From: an uncultured Tessaracoccus sp.
GTDB taxonomy: Bacteria; Actinomycetota; Actinomycetes; Propionibacteriales; Propionibacteriaceae
DNA: 35,166 nucleotides
Direction of reading: 5' to 3'
Assembly (NCBI GenBank): GCA_965364045.1
Contig: CBDTVQ010000001.1
Location: 1 to 35,166 of the forward strand
Shown: piece after piece, positions 1 through 8,549 of the stretch
How the letters are laid out: each line of letters begins with the position of its first letter
Position numbering within the stretch: position 1 is the stretch's first letter
Notes under the pieces: generated by a model
Databases searched by the model: none
Seen by the model: only the letters and a program-made list of their open reading frames with translations
Told to the model about the DNA's origin: nothing
Program-made: the position numbers and the translations under genes

Positions 1-47
1 ACAACTCGGTGGATAACTCCGTCTTTGGGCGCGCATACGCTGGAGGC

Positions 48-935
48 ATGTCAAACCCTCTGTCCGGGCTGCGTCGCATCATTGGGGAAACCCTGCGCAG
101 TCGCGTCGCCGGTCCCGACGCCGACGCCAAGGCCGCCCTCATCTGGGACTCCCCCGGGGAGCGTTGGCACTCCACGGACTCCATTATCTGGCACGTCAAC
201 GGCGACGCCGCCATGTATGCCGGGGGCATTCGCTCGCTCCTGCTGCAGGCCCTCCATCCAGCCGCCATGGCCGGCGTCGCAGGTCACTCCGGCTACCGCT
301 CAGACCCGTGGGGTCGACTGCAGCGGACGAGCGAGTTCCTCGCCATGACCACGTACGGGCCCATACCTGACGCTGAGAAGATGATCGCCAAGATCCGAGG
401 AATCCATGAGCGCGTTCGTGGGAAGACCGACGACGGCACTTTCTACCGCGCCTCTGACCCTCACCTGCTGGAGTGGGTGCACCTCGCTGAGACCGAGAGT
501 TTCCTCACCGGCTTCCACGAGTTTGGGGACAGAAAGCTCACGCAGGAGGAGGCCGACACCTACGTGGCGGAGGCAGCCCCTGTCGGCGAACTTCTGGGTG
601 CTATTGACCTCCCCCGTACGGAGGCTGAGCTGCATGCCGCGCTCGAGAGATACCGGCCCGAGCTGCGGGCATCCGAGCCGGCTCTCGACACCGTCGCATT
701 CCTCGTCAAGACACCGCCTGTGCCGTGGATTGCGCGCCCGGGCTACTGGATGCTGGTGGCAGGAGCCATCAGCTCTCTTCCCATGTGGGCCCGGCGCGAA
801 CTGAATCTTCCAGCCAACAAGTGGTTCGACCGGTTGGTGGGCAAACCGCTCGGCAGCTTCGCGACCGCAGTGGTGCGATGGGCACTCACCTCCCCCAGCC
901 GCGTCCAGTCCGGCACCTACTCGACGCCGTCCTGA
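48..935 (+). CDS. Oxygenase MpaB family / DUF2236 protein
   Basis: Typical motifs (GGIRSLLLQALHP..MAGV..HS.YR.DPWGRLQRT, YRASDP.LL.WVH.AE). ATG at 48 follows a TACGCT -10-like hexamer (36-41) by 6 nt, so it is preferred over the GTG at 9. Confidence 0.85.
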   Translation: MSNPLSGLRRIIGETLRSRVAGPDADAKAALIWDSPGERWHSTDSIIWHVNGDAAMYAGGIRSLLLQALHPAAMAGVAGHSGYRSDPWGRLQRTSEFLAMTTYGPIPDAEKMIAKIRGIHERVRGKTDDGTFYRASDPHLLEWVHLAETESFLTGFHEFGDRKLTQEEADTYVAEAAPVGELLGAIDLPRTEAELHAALERYRPELRASEPALDTVAFLVKTPPVPWIARPGYWMLVAGAISSLPMWARRELNLPANKWFDRLVGKPLGSFATAVVRWALTSPSRVQSGTYSTPS

Positions 936-956
936 CGCTACAGCTTCATCTGCGTC

Positions 957-1655
957 TCAGTCGGCGCTGCCTTCGCGGAGCGGAGCCACGGGGGTTCCGT
1001 CGGCGCGTCGGGACAGGCTTTCCATCGCTTCCCACATCGCCACGTTGCCATCACGGAAGTTGATGGTCACACCACTCAGATCGGTACGACCGACAACCCC
1101 GACAGCTAGCTCAGCGACGTTGGCCCGGGAGGTTTCGCCCCCCATGACGTGATCGCCGTACTCGATTCGTCCACTGCCCTGTTCGAGGGTCAGCTGACCG
1201 GGACCGAGGATGGTCCAGTTCAGTGAGGTGCCGCGCAGGTGTTCGTCCGCCTGCGCCTTGGCCTCAGCGTAGGCGTGGAAGGGGTTGTCCTCAGGTACGT
1301 CGTCCCGTCCGGCCCCCACATAGGACACCATGACGAACCGGTCCACACCCTCTGCCACGGCCGCGTCCATGGCACGAATGGCGGCGTCGCGGTCAACGGC
1401 GTAGGTGCGTTCCTTGCTGCCACCACCTGCCCCGGCCGCGAAAATGATGGCGTCGTTTCCCCGGACCAACTCACGCGTGCCGTCGGCGTCGAGGTGCTCC
1501 ACATCGCTCAGGAGAGCGAGTGCCCCGGTTTTCTCGATGTCAGCGCTCTGATCCTCCTTGCGGATTACCGAAGTCACCGTGTGACCCCCCGCAACCAGCA
1601 TTGGGGCGGCCAGAAGGGCCACCTTTCCATGTCCACCAATGATCATGATCTTCAT
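957..1655 (-). CDS. NAD(P)H-binding oxidoreductase (atypical SDR, NAD_binding_10-like)
   Basis: N-terminal Rossmann IIGGHGKVA, FAAGAGGG, AVDRDAAI, YAEAK. TAGGGT lies 6 nt before the ATG (leaderless). Confidence 0.85.
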   Translation of the reverse strand: MKIMIIGGHGKVALLAAPMLVAGGHTVTSVIRKEDQSADIEKTGALALLSDVEHLDADGTRELVRGNDAIIFAAGAGGGSKERTYAVDRDAAIRAMDAAVAEGVDRFVMVSYVGAGRDDVPEDNPFHAYAEAKAQADEHLRGTSLNWTILGPGQLTLEQGSGRIEYGDHVMGGETSRANVAELAVGVVGRTDLSGVTINFRDGNVAMWEAMESLSRRADGTPVAPLREGSAD

Positions 1656-1705
1656 TCATCGACCCTACCCGCGGCCCGGAGCGGGGCGAGCGTACAGTCG
1701 GATGT

Positions 1706-1903
1706 GTGAGCGTGACAGATCGAGCTGAGAGAGCCACCTCCCGATCCCGCATACGACCAGACCCGAAGTGCCCATTGCGGCCAGGGGAGCCGTGCACGCT
1801 GTGCCAGATGAGCGTCACCGGACCACAAGACTGCCCGTTGGTCTATCTGGTCATGGATGATCCGGAATACAGAGAAGCCCTCGCCGCGTCGAAACGGCGC
1901 TGA
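1706..1903 (+). CDS. Small Cys-rich actinobacterial protein (DUF6767-like)
   Basis: CPLRPGEPCTLC...GPQDCPLVYLVMDDP pattern recalled for this family. TACAGT (1693-1698) lies 7 nt before the GTG. Confidence 0.7.
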   Translation: MSVTDRAERATSRSRIRPDPKCPLRPGEPCTLCQMSVTGPQDCPLVYLVMDDPEYREALAASKRR

Positions 1904-1922
1904 CTTCCCCGATACCTGAAGC

Positions 1923-2489
1923 TCAGCTGATGACGATGACGGTGTCCGCGGAACCCTGAGCGCAGCGGTCGGGGATGCCGGCCACATCGGTCTTGGGCAC
2001 AGCGACGGAAGCGACATCAAGCTGTCGGCCCACGAGATGCTCGGTGCCACCGACGGTGACTGAGGGCTTGCCCTCCTGCAGCACGAACGTCGCATCTGCC
2101 GGGAAGACCAGCAACTGCGGCTTGCCCTCATTGGTCAGCGCAAAGCAGCCGCCCGGACCGGTGATGAGCTTCTGTTCGGTGGGTCCGGCAGCTCCGGTGG
2201 GAGTAGTCCCTGAATGCTGCAGAGCCAGAATCCCCTGGTCTCCGGCGACCGTGACGTCCACAACGCCGCTCTCATCATTTGGCCCGACGGGCTCTTGCGT
2301 GGGTTCTCCGCTGACAGCAGGCTCAGAATCTTCCTCAGTCGGCTCCATGGTGGCGCTCCCTTCAACGGAGGCCGTCACCGTGACGGTCGGCGTGCTCTCG
2401 GGTTCATCCGAGCCGCACGCCGTCATGCCGAGCGCAAGAGCTGTTACGGCAAATAGGACGACGAGATGAGAACGGCGTGTGACGGACAT
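1923..2489 (-). CDS. Putative lipoprotein of unknown function
   Basis: Signal peptide with lipobox-like MTAC, acidic Thr/Pro/Glu linker, two further Cys. GGAGG RBS 7 nt before the ATG at 2489. Confidence 0.75.
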   Translation of the reverse strand: MSVTRRSHLVVLFAVTALALGMTACGSDEPESTPTVTVTASVEGSATMEPTEEDSEPAVSGEPTQEPVGPNDESGVVDVTVAGDQGILALQHSGTTPTGAAGPTEQKLITGPGGCFALTNEGKPQLLVFPADATFVLQEGKPSVTVGGTEHLVGRQLDVASVAVPKTDVAGIPDRCAQGSADTVIVIS

Positions 2490-2767
2490 CAAATTTCCTC
2501 CGCAAAAATGGTAGTTCGGGACGCAATCCTAGGGGTGCATCAATGACTCAACCCCTGATTTTAGTGGCGCAGGTGCGTCGGTCCCAAGTACGGACATTCT
2601 TCATACTCAAGGGCCCAGGAGCGACAGGGGCACCACTGCGATTCCATCTCTTCGACGGTACGCATGACTGCCGGTCGTGTCACAGCGCAGCTCTGCCAAC
2701 GGCCTTCGGTCACTTGACTACCCGATCATTCAGGGCCGTCACGCCAAGGGGCGACGAAGGAACAACG

Positions 2768-2802
2768 CCAAGAACCCCGGCCCACAGGGCCGGGGTTCTT
2801 GG
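2768..2802 (-). terminator. Intrinsic terminator of the rpsF-ssb-rpsR-rplI operon
   Basis: Perfect 16-bp inverted repeat CCAAGAACCCCGGCCC-aca-GGGCCGGGGTTCTTGG about 20 nt after the rplI stop. Confidence 0.85.
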
Positions 2803-2821
2803 ATTTCGAGCTGCAATGCGC

Positions 2822-3268
2822 TCAGTTGGCGACGACCACGAAAGGTACGTGCGCGATGACCGCACTGTGCAGCTTGATTGCTGCAGTGTGTGCTCCCACA
2901 GACTTCACCGGCTTGGCGAAGCTGACGGAGCGCTTGTCGATTGCGGGGCCGCCGGCCTTCTTCACTGCCACGACGAGGTCGCTGGCGGTGACGGAGCCGA
3001 ACAGGTGACCTGCGTCAGAGACACGGGCCAGAACCTTGATCTGCAGTTCCTCAATCTGGGTACGAATCTCAGCGGCGTGATCTGCGCCACGGATTTCGCG
3101 TGCGTCACGAGAGCGCTTGATGCCCTCGATCTGCTTCTCGTTGCCGCGGGTCCAACGGATCGCCTTGCCCTGGGGCAGAAGGAAGTTACGGCCATAGCCG
3201 TCCTTCACGTCGACGACGTCGCCGGCGATACCGATCTTTTCAACGGTGCTGGTGAGAATGAGCTTCAT
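2822..3268 (-). CDS. rplI: 50S ribosomal protein L9
   Basis: MKLILT..V..IG.AGDVVDVKDGYGRNFLLPQG and GHLFGSVT motifs; canonical operon position. Confidence 0.98.
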   Translation of the reverse strand: MKLILTSTVEKIGIAGDVVDVKDGYGRNFLLPQGKAIRWTRGNEKQIEGIKRSRDAREIRGADHAAEIRTQIEELQIKVLARVSDAGHLFGSVTASDLVVAVKKAGGPAIDKRSVSFAKPVKSVGAHTAAIKLHSAVIAHVPFVVVAN

Positions 3269-3282
3269 AATGCACTCCCCAA

Positions 3283-3522
3283 TCAGCGAGCGGTTGAGGC
3301 GTAGGGCAGCAGAGCAACCTCACGCGCGTTCTTGACGGCAATTGCGACCTTGCGCTGATCCTGGACCGAAAGGCCAGTAACGCGGCGGGCACGGATCTTT
3401 CCACGTTCTGAAATGAACTTCTTCAGAAGGTTGGTGTCCTTGTAATCGATGTTGGCGACGCGAGTCGTCTTCACCGGCATGATCTTCTTCTTGTTCACAG
3501 GCTTGCGCTGTGGACCGGCCAT
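3283..3522 (-). CDS. rpsR: 30S ribosomal protein S18 (Cys-free form)
   Basis: [24 protein letters not shown]...QR.VA.AVKNARE.ALLPY. Confidence 0.98.
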   Translation of the reverse strand: MAGPQRKPVNKKKIMPVKTTRVANIDYKDTNLLKKFISERGKIRARRVTGLSVQDQRKVAIAVKNAREVALLPYASTAR

Positions 3523-3628
3523 TGTGGTGCTCTCCTTGAAGTGCAGGCGCCGGCGGCGCCCTTTGGAAGCCCGTCCTTGTCAGACGGAATGTGCCAGCTG
3601 ACCCTTGTTCCGGGTCAGTTGTGGTGGA

Positions 3629-4174
3629 TCAGAACGGGGGCTCTTCAGCGTTGCTCTGCGCCCACGGATCACTTGCTCCGCGGTTGCCGCCGGGGGCGGG
3701 GGATTGGCTGGACCATGGGTCCTGACCGCCACCGCCACCGCCACTGGTGGAACCACCCTGGTTCTGGTTGCCCTGCCACTGGCCACCGCCGCCGCCACCC
3801 GAACCACCAGCGGTGGTGCGGGTCAGCTTTGCGGTTGCGTAGCGGAGGGCGGGACCGACCTCGTCGACATCACACTCGAACACGGTGCGCTTCTCACCCT
3901 CGCGGGTTTCGTAGCTGCGTGACTTCAGACGGCCTTGGACAACGACGCGGGCCCCCTTCTGCAGGGACTCCGCAACGTTCTCGGCGTACTGACGCCAGAC
4001 CGAGCAGTTGATGAACATGGCGTCGCCGTCTTTCCATTCACTGGTCTGACGATCGAATGTGCGGGGCGTGGACGCGACAGTAAAGTTCGCGACGGCTGCA
4101 CCGCTCGGGGTGAAGCGCAGTTCGGGGTCAGCGGTGAGATTGCCGACCAGCGTGATCTGTGTTTCGCCTGCCAT
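3629..4174 (-). CDS. ssb: Single-stranded DNA-binding protein
   Basis: [38 protein letters not shown], Gly-rich linker, EEPPF acidic tip. Confidence 0.98.
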   Translation of the reverse strand: MAGETQITLVGNLTADPELRFTPSGAAVANFTVASTPRTFDRQTSEWKDGDAMFINCSVWRQYAENVAESLQKGARVVVQGRLKSRSYETREGEKRTVFECDVDEVGPALRYATAKLTRTTAGGSGGGGGGQWQGNQNQGGSTSGGGGGGQDPWSSQSPAPGGNRGASDPWAQSNAEEPPF

Positions 4175-4267
4175 GTTTTCCTCCGGGATCGGACGTTTGT
4201 CTGTTGCTCATCACTGTGGGCGTCAACCCGAGTGAATCACCAAACAGAACTGGTGGTGTTGAAAAGC

Positions 4268-4642
4268 TCAGTCTTCAGACTTCGCAGGCTTGGAGTCTTC
4301 CGACTTCGCGGCCTTGGCGTCTTCGGACTTGGCGTCCTTGTCCTTCGACTTCCTTGGCTCTTCGATGCGGAGAACCTTGGTGCGAACGATCGCCTCTTCG
4401 ATGCCCATACGGCGATCCATCTCCTGGACAACTGCCGGTTCGGCGGTGATCCTGAGGACGGCGTAAATGCCTTCGGACTTCTTGTTGATGTCGTATGCCA
4501 GACGGCGACGTCCCCAAATTTCGTTGGACTCGACCGTGCCGCCACCCTTGGTGATGACTTCGAGGTACTTGTCGACCAGACCGGGAACCTGACGCTCATC
4601 GGTATCTGAGTCGATGATGACCATGACTTCGTACTTGCGCAT
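4268..4642 (-). CDS. rpsF: 30S ribosomal protein S6 with charged repetitive C-terminal tail
   Basis: MRKYEVMVII, WGRRRLAYDINKKSEGIY, IVRTKVLR. Start set at ATG 4642. Confidence 0.97.
   Translation of the reverse strand: MRKYEVMVIIDSDTDERQVPGLVDKYLEVITKGGGTVESNEIWGRRRLAYDINKKSEGIYAVLRITAEPAVVQEMDRRMGIEEAIVRTKVLRIEEPRKSKDKDAKSEDAKAAKSEDSKPAKSED
4271..4335. repeat. Imperfect 24-bp tandem repeat (about 3 copies) encoding AKSED units in the S6 tail
   Basis: gtcttcagacttcgc (4271), gtcttccgacttcgc (4295), gtcttcggacttggc (4319). Confidence 0.85.
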
Positions 4643-4654
4643 GCTTTGGCACAA

Positions 4655-4698
4655 CCTCCTGTGGACTGACGGCCGCGGGTCGATCCCGCGGCAGGAGT
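4655..4698 (-). promoter_or_regulatory. S6:S18 ribosomal-protein leader RNA (autogenous control)
   Basis: Minus strand reads CUCCUG-CCGCGGG-aucga-CCCGCGG-CCGucagucca-CAGGAGG. The outer stem sequesters the SD, with an inner hairpin and a CCG in the loop, matching the known S6:S18 leader layout. TAGAGT -10 at 4732-4737. Confidence 0.8.
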
Positions 4699-4792
4699 GC
4701 GTGGCCAGCTACAAAAGCCGACCGAGGAGTGACTCTACCCGAGCGGAACCATTCCCGCGAAAGCGGCACCGGAAGGTGTGACCAGAAGGAAT

Positions 4793-5536
4793 TCAGATGG
4801 CTGAGGAACGCGCAAGGTCGTCAAGCTTTCCGGAGGCGACGATGCCCTCCCAGAAAGTCTCCGCCCAGCTGGCGTACCCCTTGTCGTTGGGGTGGAAAAG
4901 ATCTCGCGCCGTGTACCGCAGGTACCCGAGCCGGCCGACGGCGCGGGAGGCCTCATGGATGGCCACGGGGTGATGGCCAAACTCCGCCACCAGTTCGACG
5001 ACGCTGGCCGCCATCTGGCGCGACTGGCCGTCCATCCCGGGAATCATGAACCACGGCACGTCGGCCACGAAGCTGCCAGCGGGCAGCGCCGGGAGGATGA
5101 TGCGCATGGATCGGGTGAACGTCTCCACGTCATGCCCGGGGAACACGACGTCGTTGGCGCCGATGTCCATGGTCACGATGTCAGGGGTGAACGGCAGATC
5201 CGCCAGCTGCGGCAGTTGACGTGCGACGACATCTCCACTCACCGCCCCCGAGACGGACATGTTCGTGACCGCCACTTCGCGACCGGTTGCCTCGGCCAGA
5301 CGCGCTGCCACAAGAGCCACGTAGGACGCCTCCACCCGGGACGCCCCCACTCCCTGGGCGGCCGAATCACCCAGGGCGACGTAGTGCAACACGTCGTCGG
5401 GAAAGTCACTGGGCCGGACGCTCCAGTGTTGGGCATAGTCAGCCACGTGCGCGTCGATGACCCGCCGACCCACCACGTAGGTGGTCACCGCAGCCGCGAA
5501 TCCCGCTCCGGCAACGGCGGGCAGCACCCAGTTCAT
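4793..5536 (-). CDS. SGNH/GDSL hydrolase with N-terminal membrane anchor
   Basis: ALGDS (block I), VSG (II), IGAND (III), DLFHPN (V). ATG at 5536 overlaps the rhodanese stop (ATGA). The upstream part of ORF 4793..5674 is not considered coding. Confidence 0.9.
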   Translation of the reverse strand: MNWVLPAVAGAGFAAAVTTYVVGRRVIDAHVADYAQHWSVRPSDFPDDVLHYVALGDSAAQGVGASRVEASYVALVAARLAEATGREVAVTNMSVSGAVSGDVVARQLPQLADLPFTPDIVTMDIGANDVVFPGHDVETFTRSMRIILPALPAGSFVADVPWFMIPGMDGQSRQMAASVVELVAEFGHHPVAIHEASRAVGRLGYLRYTARDLFHPNDKGYASWAETFWEGIVASGKLDDLARSSAI

Positions 5537-5907
5537 CGGCGACGGTAGGGGCCGGGGATGGCGGGGTTGCCCTCCCTGATCCAGGCGAACAGTCCCCCGG
5601 CAATGGACTCGGCCAGCATGCCTTTGGACCGCAGCTCTGCAGCGGCCACCGATGATCGCAGCCCGTTGTCGCACATCACGATGACGGCGGCATCACGCTC
5701 GGCCAGGGGATCATCGCCGTGGATGGCCAGCTCCGCATCATCGTGGAGAGCCTTCGGATCCACTGGGCGCGCGCCGGGCGCGTGGCCATTCTCGTACTCG
5801 GCCTTGGTGCGAACGTCGATCAACACCGCCCCCTTGCTGAGCGCCATCAACGTCTCGTCGATGCTCAGACCCGGCATGCGCTTGCCGAGGAAATCCATCA
5901 GTCCCAT
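5533..5907 (-). CDS. Single-domain rhodanese-like protein
   Basis: LIDVRTKAEYENGHAPGA, active-site loop CDNGLRS, IAGGLFAW. Confidence 0.9.
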   Translation of the reverse strand: MGLMDFLGKRMPGLSIDETLMALSKGAVLIDVRTKAEYENGHAPGARPVDPKALHDDAELAIHGDDPLAERDAAVIVMCDNGLRSSVAAAELRSKGMLAESIAGGLFAWIREGNPAIPGPYRRR

Positions 5908-5965
5908 GGGTCACATGGTGCCCCCAAGCACCCCCGGACGCAAAGGACGTTGTGCAAGGGGCCTC

Positions 5966-6295
5966 TCAGATGATGCCCAGTGTCCACAACCCCGCGCCGA
6001 GGATCGCGGCGCTGACGGCGAGCAGCAACAACACCCAGCCGAGCCACATCTTTCGGGCAACCACCACGACGGCAACCGGGACGGCAAGGGAAGCGACGCC
6101 GAGGGCGACATGGACGATCCGCCACCCGAGGCCGACGCCGTTGATGGCCTCGAGGTCAGTGCCGGAGACATCCGTCCCCGGCATCACGGCGATGACAAGC
6201 AGCGCGGCCGCCGTCGCCCCCGCCAGCGCCAGGGACAATGCCCCCAACGCCAGCGCTCCGGGCCATGTGGACCACCAGATCCTTCGCGTCACCAA
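5966..6295 (-). CDS. Hypothetical membrane protein (about 3 TM helices)
   Basis: Three hydrophobic stretches; begins about 10 nt after the acyl-CoA ligase stop. Start uncertain (TTG 6295 or GTG 6292). Confidence 0.65.
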   Translation of the reverse strand: MVTRRIWWSTWPGALALGALSLALAGATAAALLVIAVMPGTDVSGTDLEAINGVGLGWRIVHVALGVASLAVPVAVVVVARKMWLGWVLLLLAVSAAILGAGLWTLGII

Positions 6296-6305
6296 GGTAG
6301 TGGGA

Positions 6306-8117
6306 TCAGCGATCCGAGCGCCGACGATCCAGGCGCTCGTACATGTCCTCGATCGCCGTCTTGAACCGCTCCTCCACCTGACGGCGCTTCACCTTGAGGG
6401 TGGGCGTCAACATGTCGTTGTCCATGGTGAGATCGTCGTCCATCACTGCGGTCTCACGTGGACGTTCCTGGCTGGGAAGCATCGCCGTCAGTTCGGCGAC
6501 CCGACGCCTGACCTCGTCGCCGAACTCTGAACTGGCCAACCAATCGGCCAGTTCTCCCGGCCACTGTGCCATCTTTGCCAGCTCCTCCACCTGGGGCAGA
6601 GACGGCTTGACCAGCAGTGTGAGGTACGGGCGGTTGTCACCCAGCAGAACCGCATACTCGAACAGTGGATCGGCCAGGATCAGACCCTCGATGGGCTGCG
6701 GTGCCACGTTCTTGCCACCGAGCGTGACGATGATGTCCTTCAACCTGTCCGTGATCACGAGATAGCCGTCGGTGTCCACGTACCCGATGTCGCCGGTGTG
6801 GAGCCAGCCGTCAACGATGGCCTCGGCGCTGGCCTCCTCGTTGCGCCAGTAGCCGGCCATCAGGTTTGGGCCCTTGTAGAGGATCTCCCCGAGCTCCCCG
6901 ATACGCAGTTCACCGCCGCTGATCACACGGCCAGCGGTGCCGAACTTGAAGCCGCCCGGCGAGTTGAAACTCACGAGCGGCGATGCCTCGGTGAGGCCGT
7001 AGCCGGTGTAGATGGGCATGCCGATGGACGAGAAGAACTCCTCCACCTGCTTGCGGATTGGGGCTCCACCACAGGCCAGGACGGTCTTGGTGCCACCCAT
7101 GGCGGCGCGCACGTTGGAGTGGACCAGTTTGTCCGCGAGAGGCAACTGGGCGCGCCACCACCAGGAGGGGGTGCGGCCCTTGCGGAAGGAGTGCTGGTTG
7201 CGTGCACCCACCTTCAGTGCCCACGTGAAGATCTTGCGCTTCACGGCCGACGACGACACCTTGGCGTGCGCCGTCGCGTAAACGGTCTCGAACAACTTCG
7301 GCACGCTCGCGAGCAGCGTCGGCTTGGCCAGCACCAGTTGCTCAGCCACGGTGCGCGCATTCTCCACGTAGGTGTTCATGCAGCCCTTGAGGAGCACGAC
7401 TGTGGTCCAGGCGCGCTCCAATGCGTGCGAGAGCGGCAGGAAGGCAAGTGAGTGGTCGTCAGGCCCGAACTCGAAGAACTTCTCGAGGGATTCTTTCTGC
7501 CGCACCAGCGCCTGGTGTTGCAGCATGACGCCCTTGGGCTCCCCCGTTGTGCCGGAGGTGTAAATGATGGACGCCAGATCCTCACCGGAGGCCTCCGCCA
7601 GCCTTGCCGAGAGAGCGGCCTGATCGGCAGCGACGCGGAAGTCGTCGTAGGAAATGACTCCATCCGGCATGCCCTCGAAGGGCTTGACGATGACGATCGT
7701 TTCCAGACTGGGCAACTCCGATTGCACGGAAAGGACGCGCTCGCACTCGCTCTCGTTGCCCACGAACATGACACGCAGTTCGGAGTCACCGACGATGTGG
7801 CGGATCTGAGTGGGTGTGGAGGTGGCATACATCGGGACGAGAACGCCGCAAGCCGTCGCGACACCGAAATCGATCTCGGACCATTCCGGGCAGTTGCTCA
7901 GAAACAGGCCGACACGATCCCGCGCATCAAGACCCAGGTTCAGTAAACCCTGGGCGACTTCGTCGACCTTTGTTCCGAACTCGCGGTACGTCTGCGTCCG
8001 CCAGCCCTCACCAATGCGTATCCGGGTGGCGGTGCGGTCCGCATGCTCGGCAACGGTGGCGCGAAGACGCACGGCAATGTGTTCCATCATCGCGTCTTTG
8101 TCCCCTTGTTCCTTCAT
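6306..8117 (-). CDS. Long-chain fatty acid--CoA ligase (AMP-binding, FadD15-like)
   Basis: IYTSGTTGEPKG, GYGLTE, GWLHTGDIG, ITDRLKDII...GKNVAP, LTPTLKVKR. Confidence 0.93.
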   Translation of the reverse strand: MKEQGDKDAMMEHIAVRLRATVAEHADRTATRIRIGEGWRTQTYREFGTKVDEVAQGLLNLGLDARDRVGLFLSNCPEWSEIDFGVATACGVLVPMYATSTPTQIRHIVGDSELRVMFVGNESECERVLSVQSELPSLETIVIVKPFEGMPDGVISYDDFRVAADQAALSARLAEASGEDLASIIYTSGTTGEPKGVMLQHQALVRQKESLEKFFEFGPDDHSLAFLPLSHALERAWTTVVLLKGCMNTYVENARTVAEQLVLAKPTLLASVPKLFETVYATAHAKVSSSAVKRKIFTWALKVGARNQHSFRKGRTPSWWWRAQLPLADKLVHSNVRAAMGGTKTVLACGGAPIRKQVEEFFSSIGMPIYTGYGLTEASPLVSFNSPGGFKFGTAGRVISGGELRIGELGEILYKGPNLMAGYWRNEEASAEAIVDGWLHTGDIGYVDTDGYLVITDRLKDIIVTLGGKNVAPQPIEGLILADPLFEYAVLLGDNRPYLTLLVKPSLPQVEELAKMAQWPGELADWLASSEFGDEVRRRVAELTAMLPSQERPRETAVMDDDLTMDNDMLTPTLKVKRRQVEERFKTAIEDMYERLDRRRSDR

Positions 8118-8259
8118 GACTGTTATCCCCTATCGATCATGTTCCGATCAGCTTAGCTACGCGACCGTAACCCATGTCGCGAAGACTGATTACCGCAAAC
8201 CATCCACCAAGGCCCGGAGTAATGAAAAGAGGCCCAGCCCCCCGGCGCAGACGTGACAA

Positions 8260-8307
8260 CAACTCCCGCGTGGGCGGCCCTTACCGTCGGCGCCCATGCG
8301 GGAGTTG
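8260..8307 (-). terminator. Probable terminator after the small repeat-protein gene
   Basis: caactcccgcgtgggcg ... cgcccatgcgggagttg inverted repeat (17-nt arms, one non-Watson-Crick position), 11 nt after the stop at 8319. Confidence 0.7.
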
Positions 8308-8318
8308 CAGCAACTGGA

Positions 8319-8549
8319 TCAGACGAGCTCGGGACCCGGATTACTGGAGCCTTCGCCCCGAACCTCGGGCTCGTCGGGAAGCTCAGGTCCGGGGTTGCCG
8401 GCGCCCTGAGTATGGATCTGCTCGTCTTCATGTCCGAGGTTGGGTCCCGGGTTGTCGGAGCCCTCCCCCGGAGCCTTCTCCGGAACATTCGGGTCATGTC
8501 CGCCCGGGTTGTCCGAGCCCTCGTGGGGATGATCGCGCACTTCACTCAT
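8319..8549 (-). CDS. Small acidic Gly/Pro-rich repeat protein (76 aa)
   Basis: AAGGAG RBS 8 nt before ATG 8549, downstream hairpin, four (G)EGSxNPGP-like repeats. Confidence 0.75.
   Translation of the reverse strand: MSEVRDHPHEGSDNPGGHDPNVPEKAPGEGSDNPGPNLGHEDEQIHTQGAGNPGPELPDEPEVRGEGSSNPGPELV

Noticed and set aside
9..17. DnaA-box-like GGTGGATAA, and TGTTGAAAA near 4257
   Set aside because: Single, mismatched copies with no cluster or AT-rich unwinding element.
2543..3304. 253-aa plus-strand ORF
   Set aside because: Antisense to rplI and runs through its terminator.
3680..3815. ccgcca-type short repeats
   Set aside because: They encode the ordinary Gly-rich SSB linker.
8330..8525. Regularly spaced ccgggttgtcggagcc-like repeats as a mini-CRISPR
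   Set aside because: Repeats are short and degenerate at codon third positions within an ORF; no cas genes or leader.
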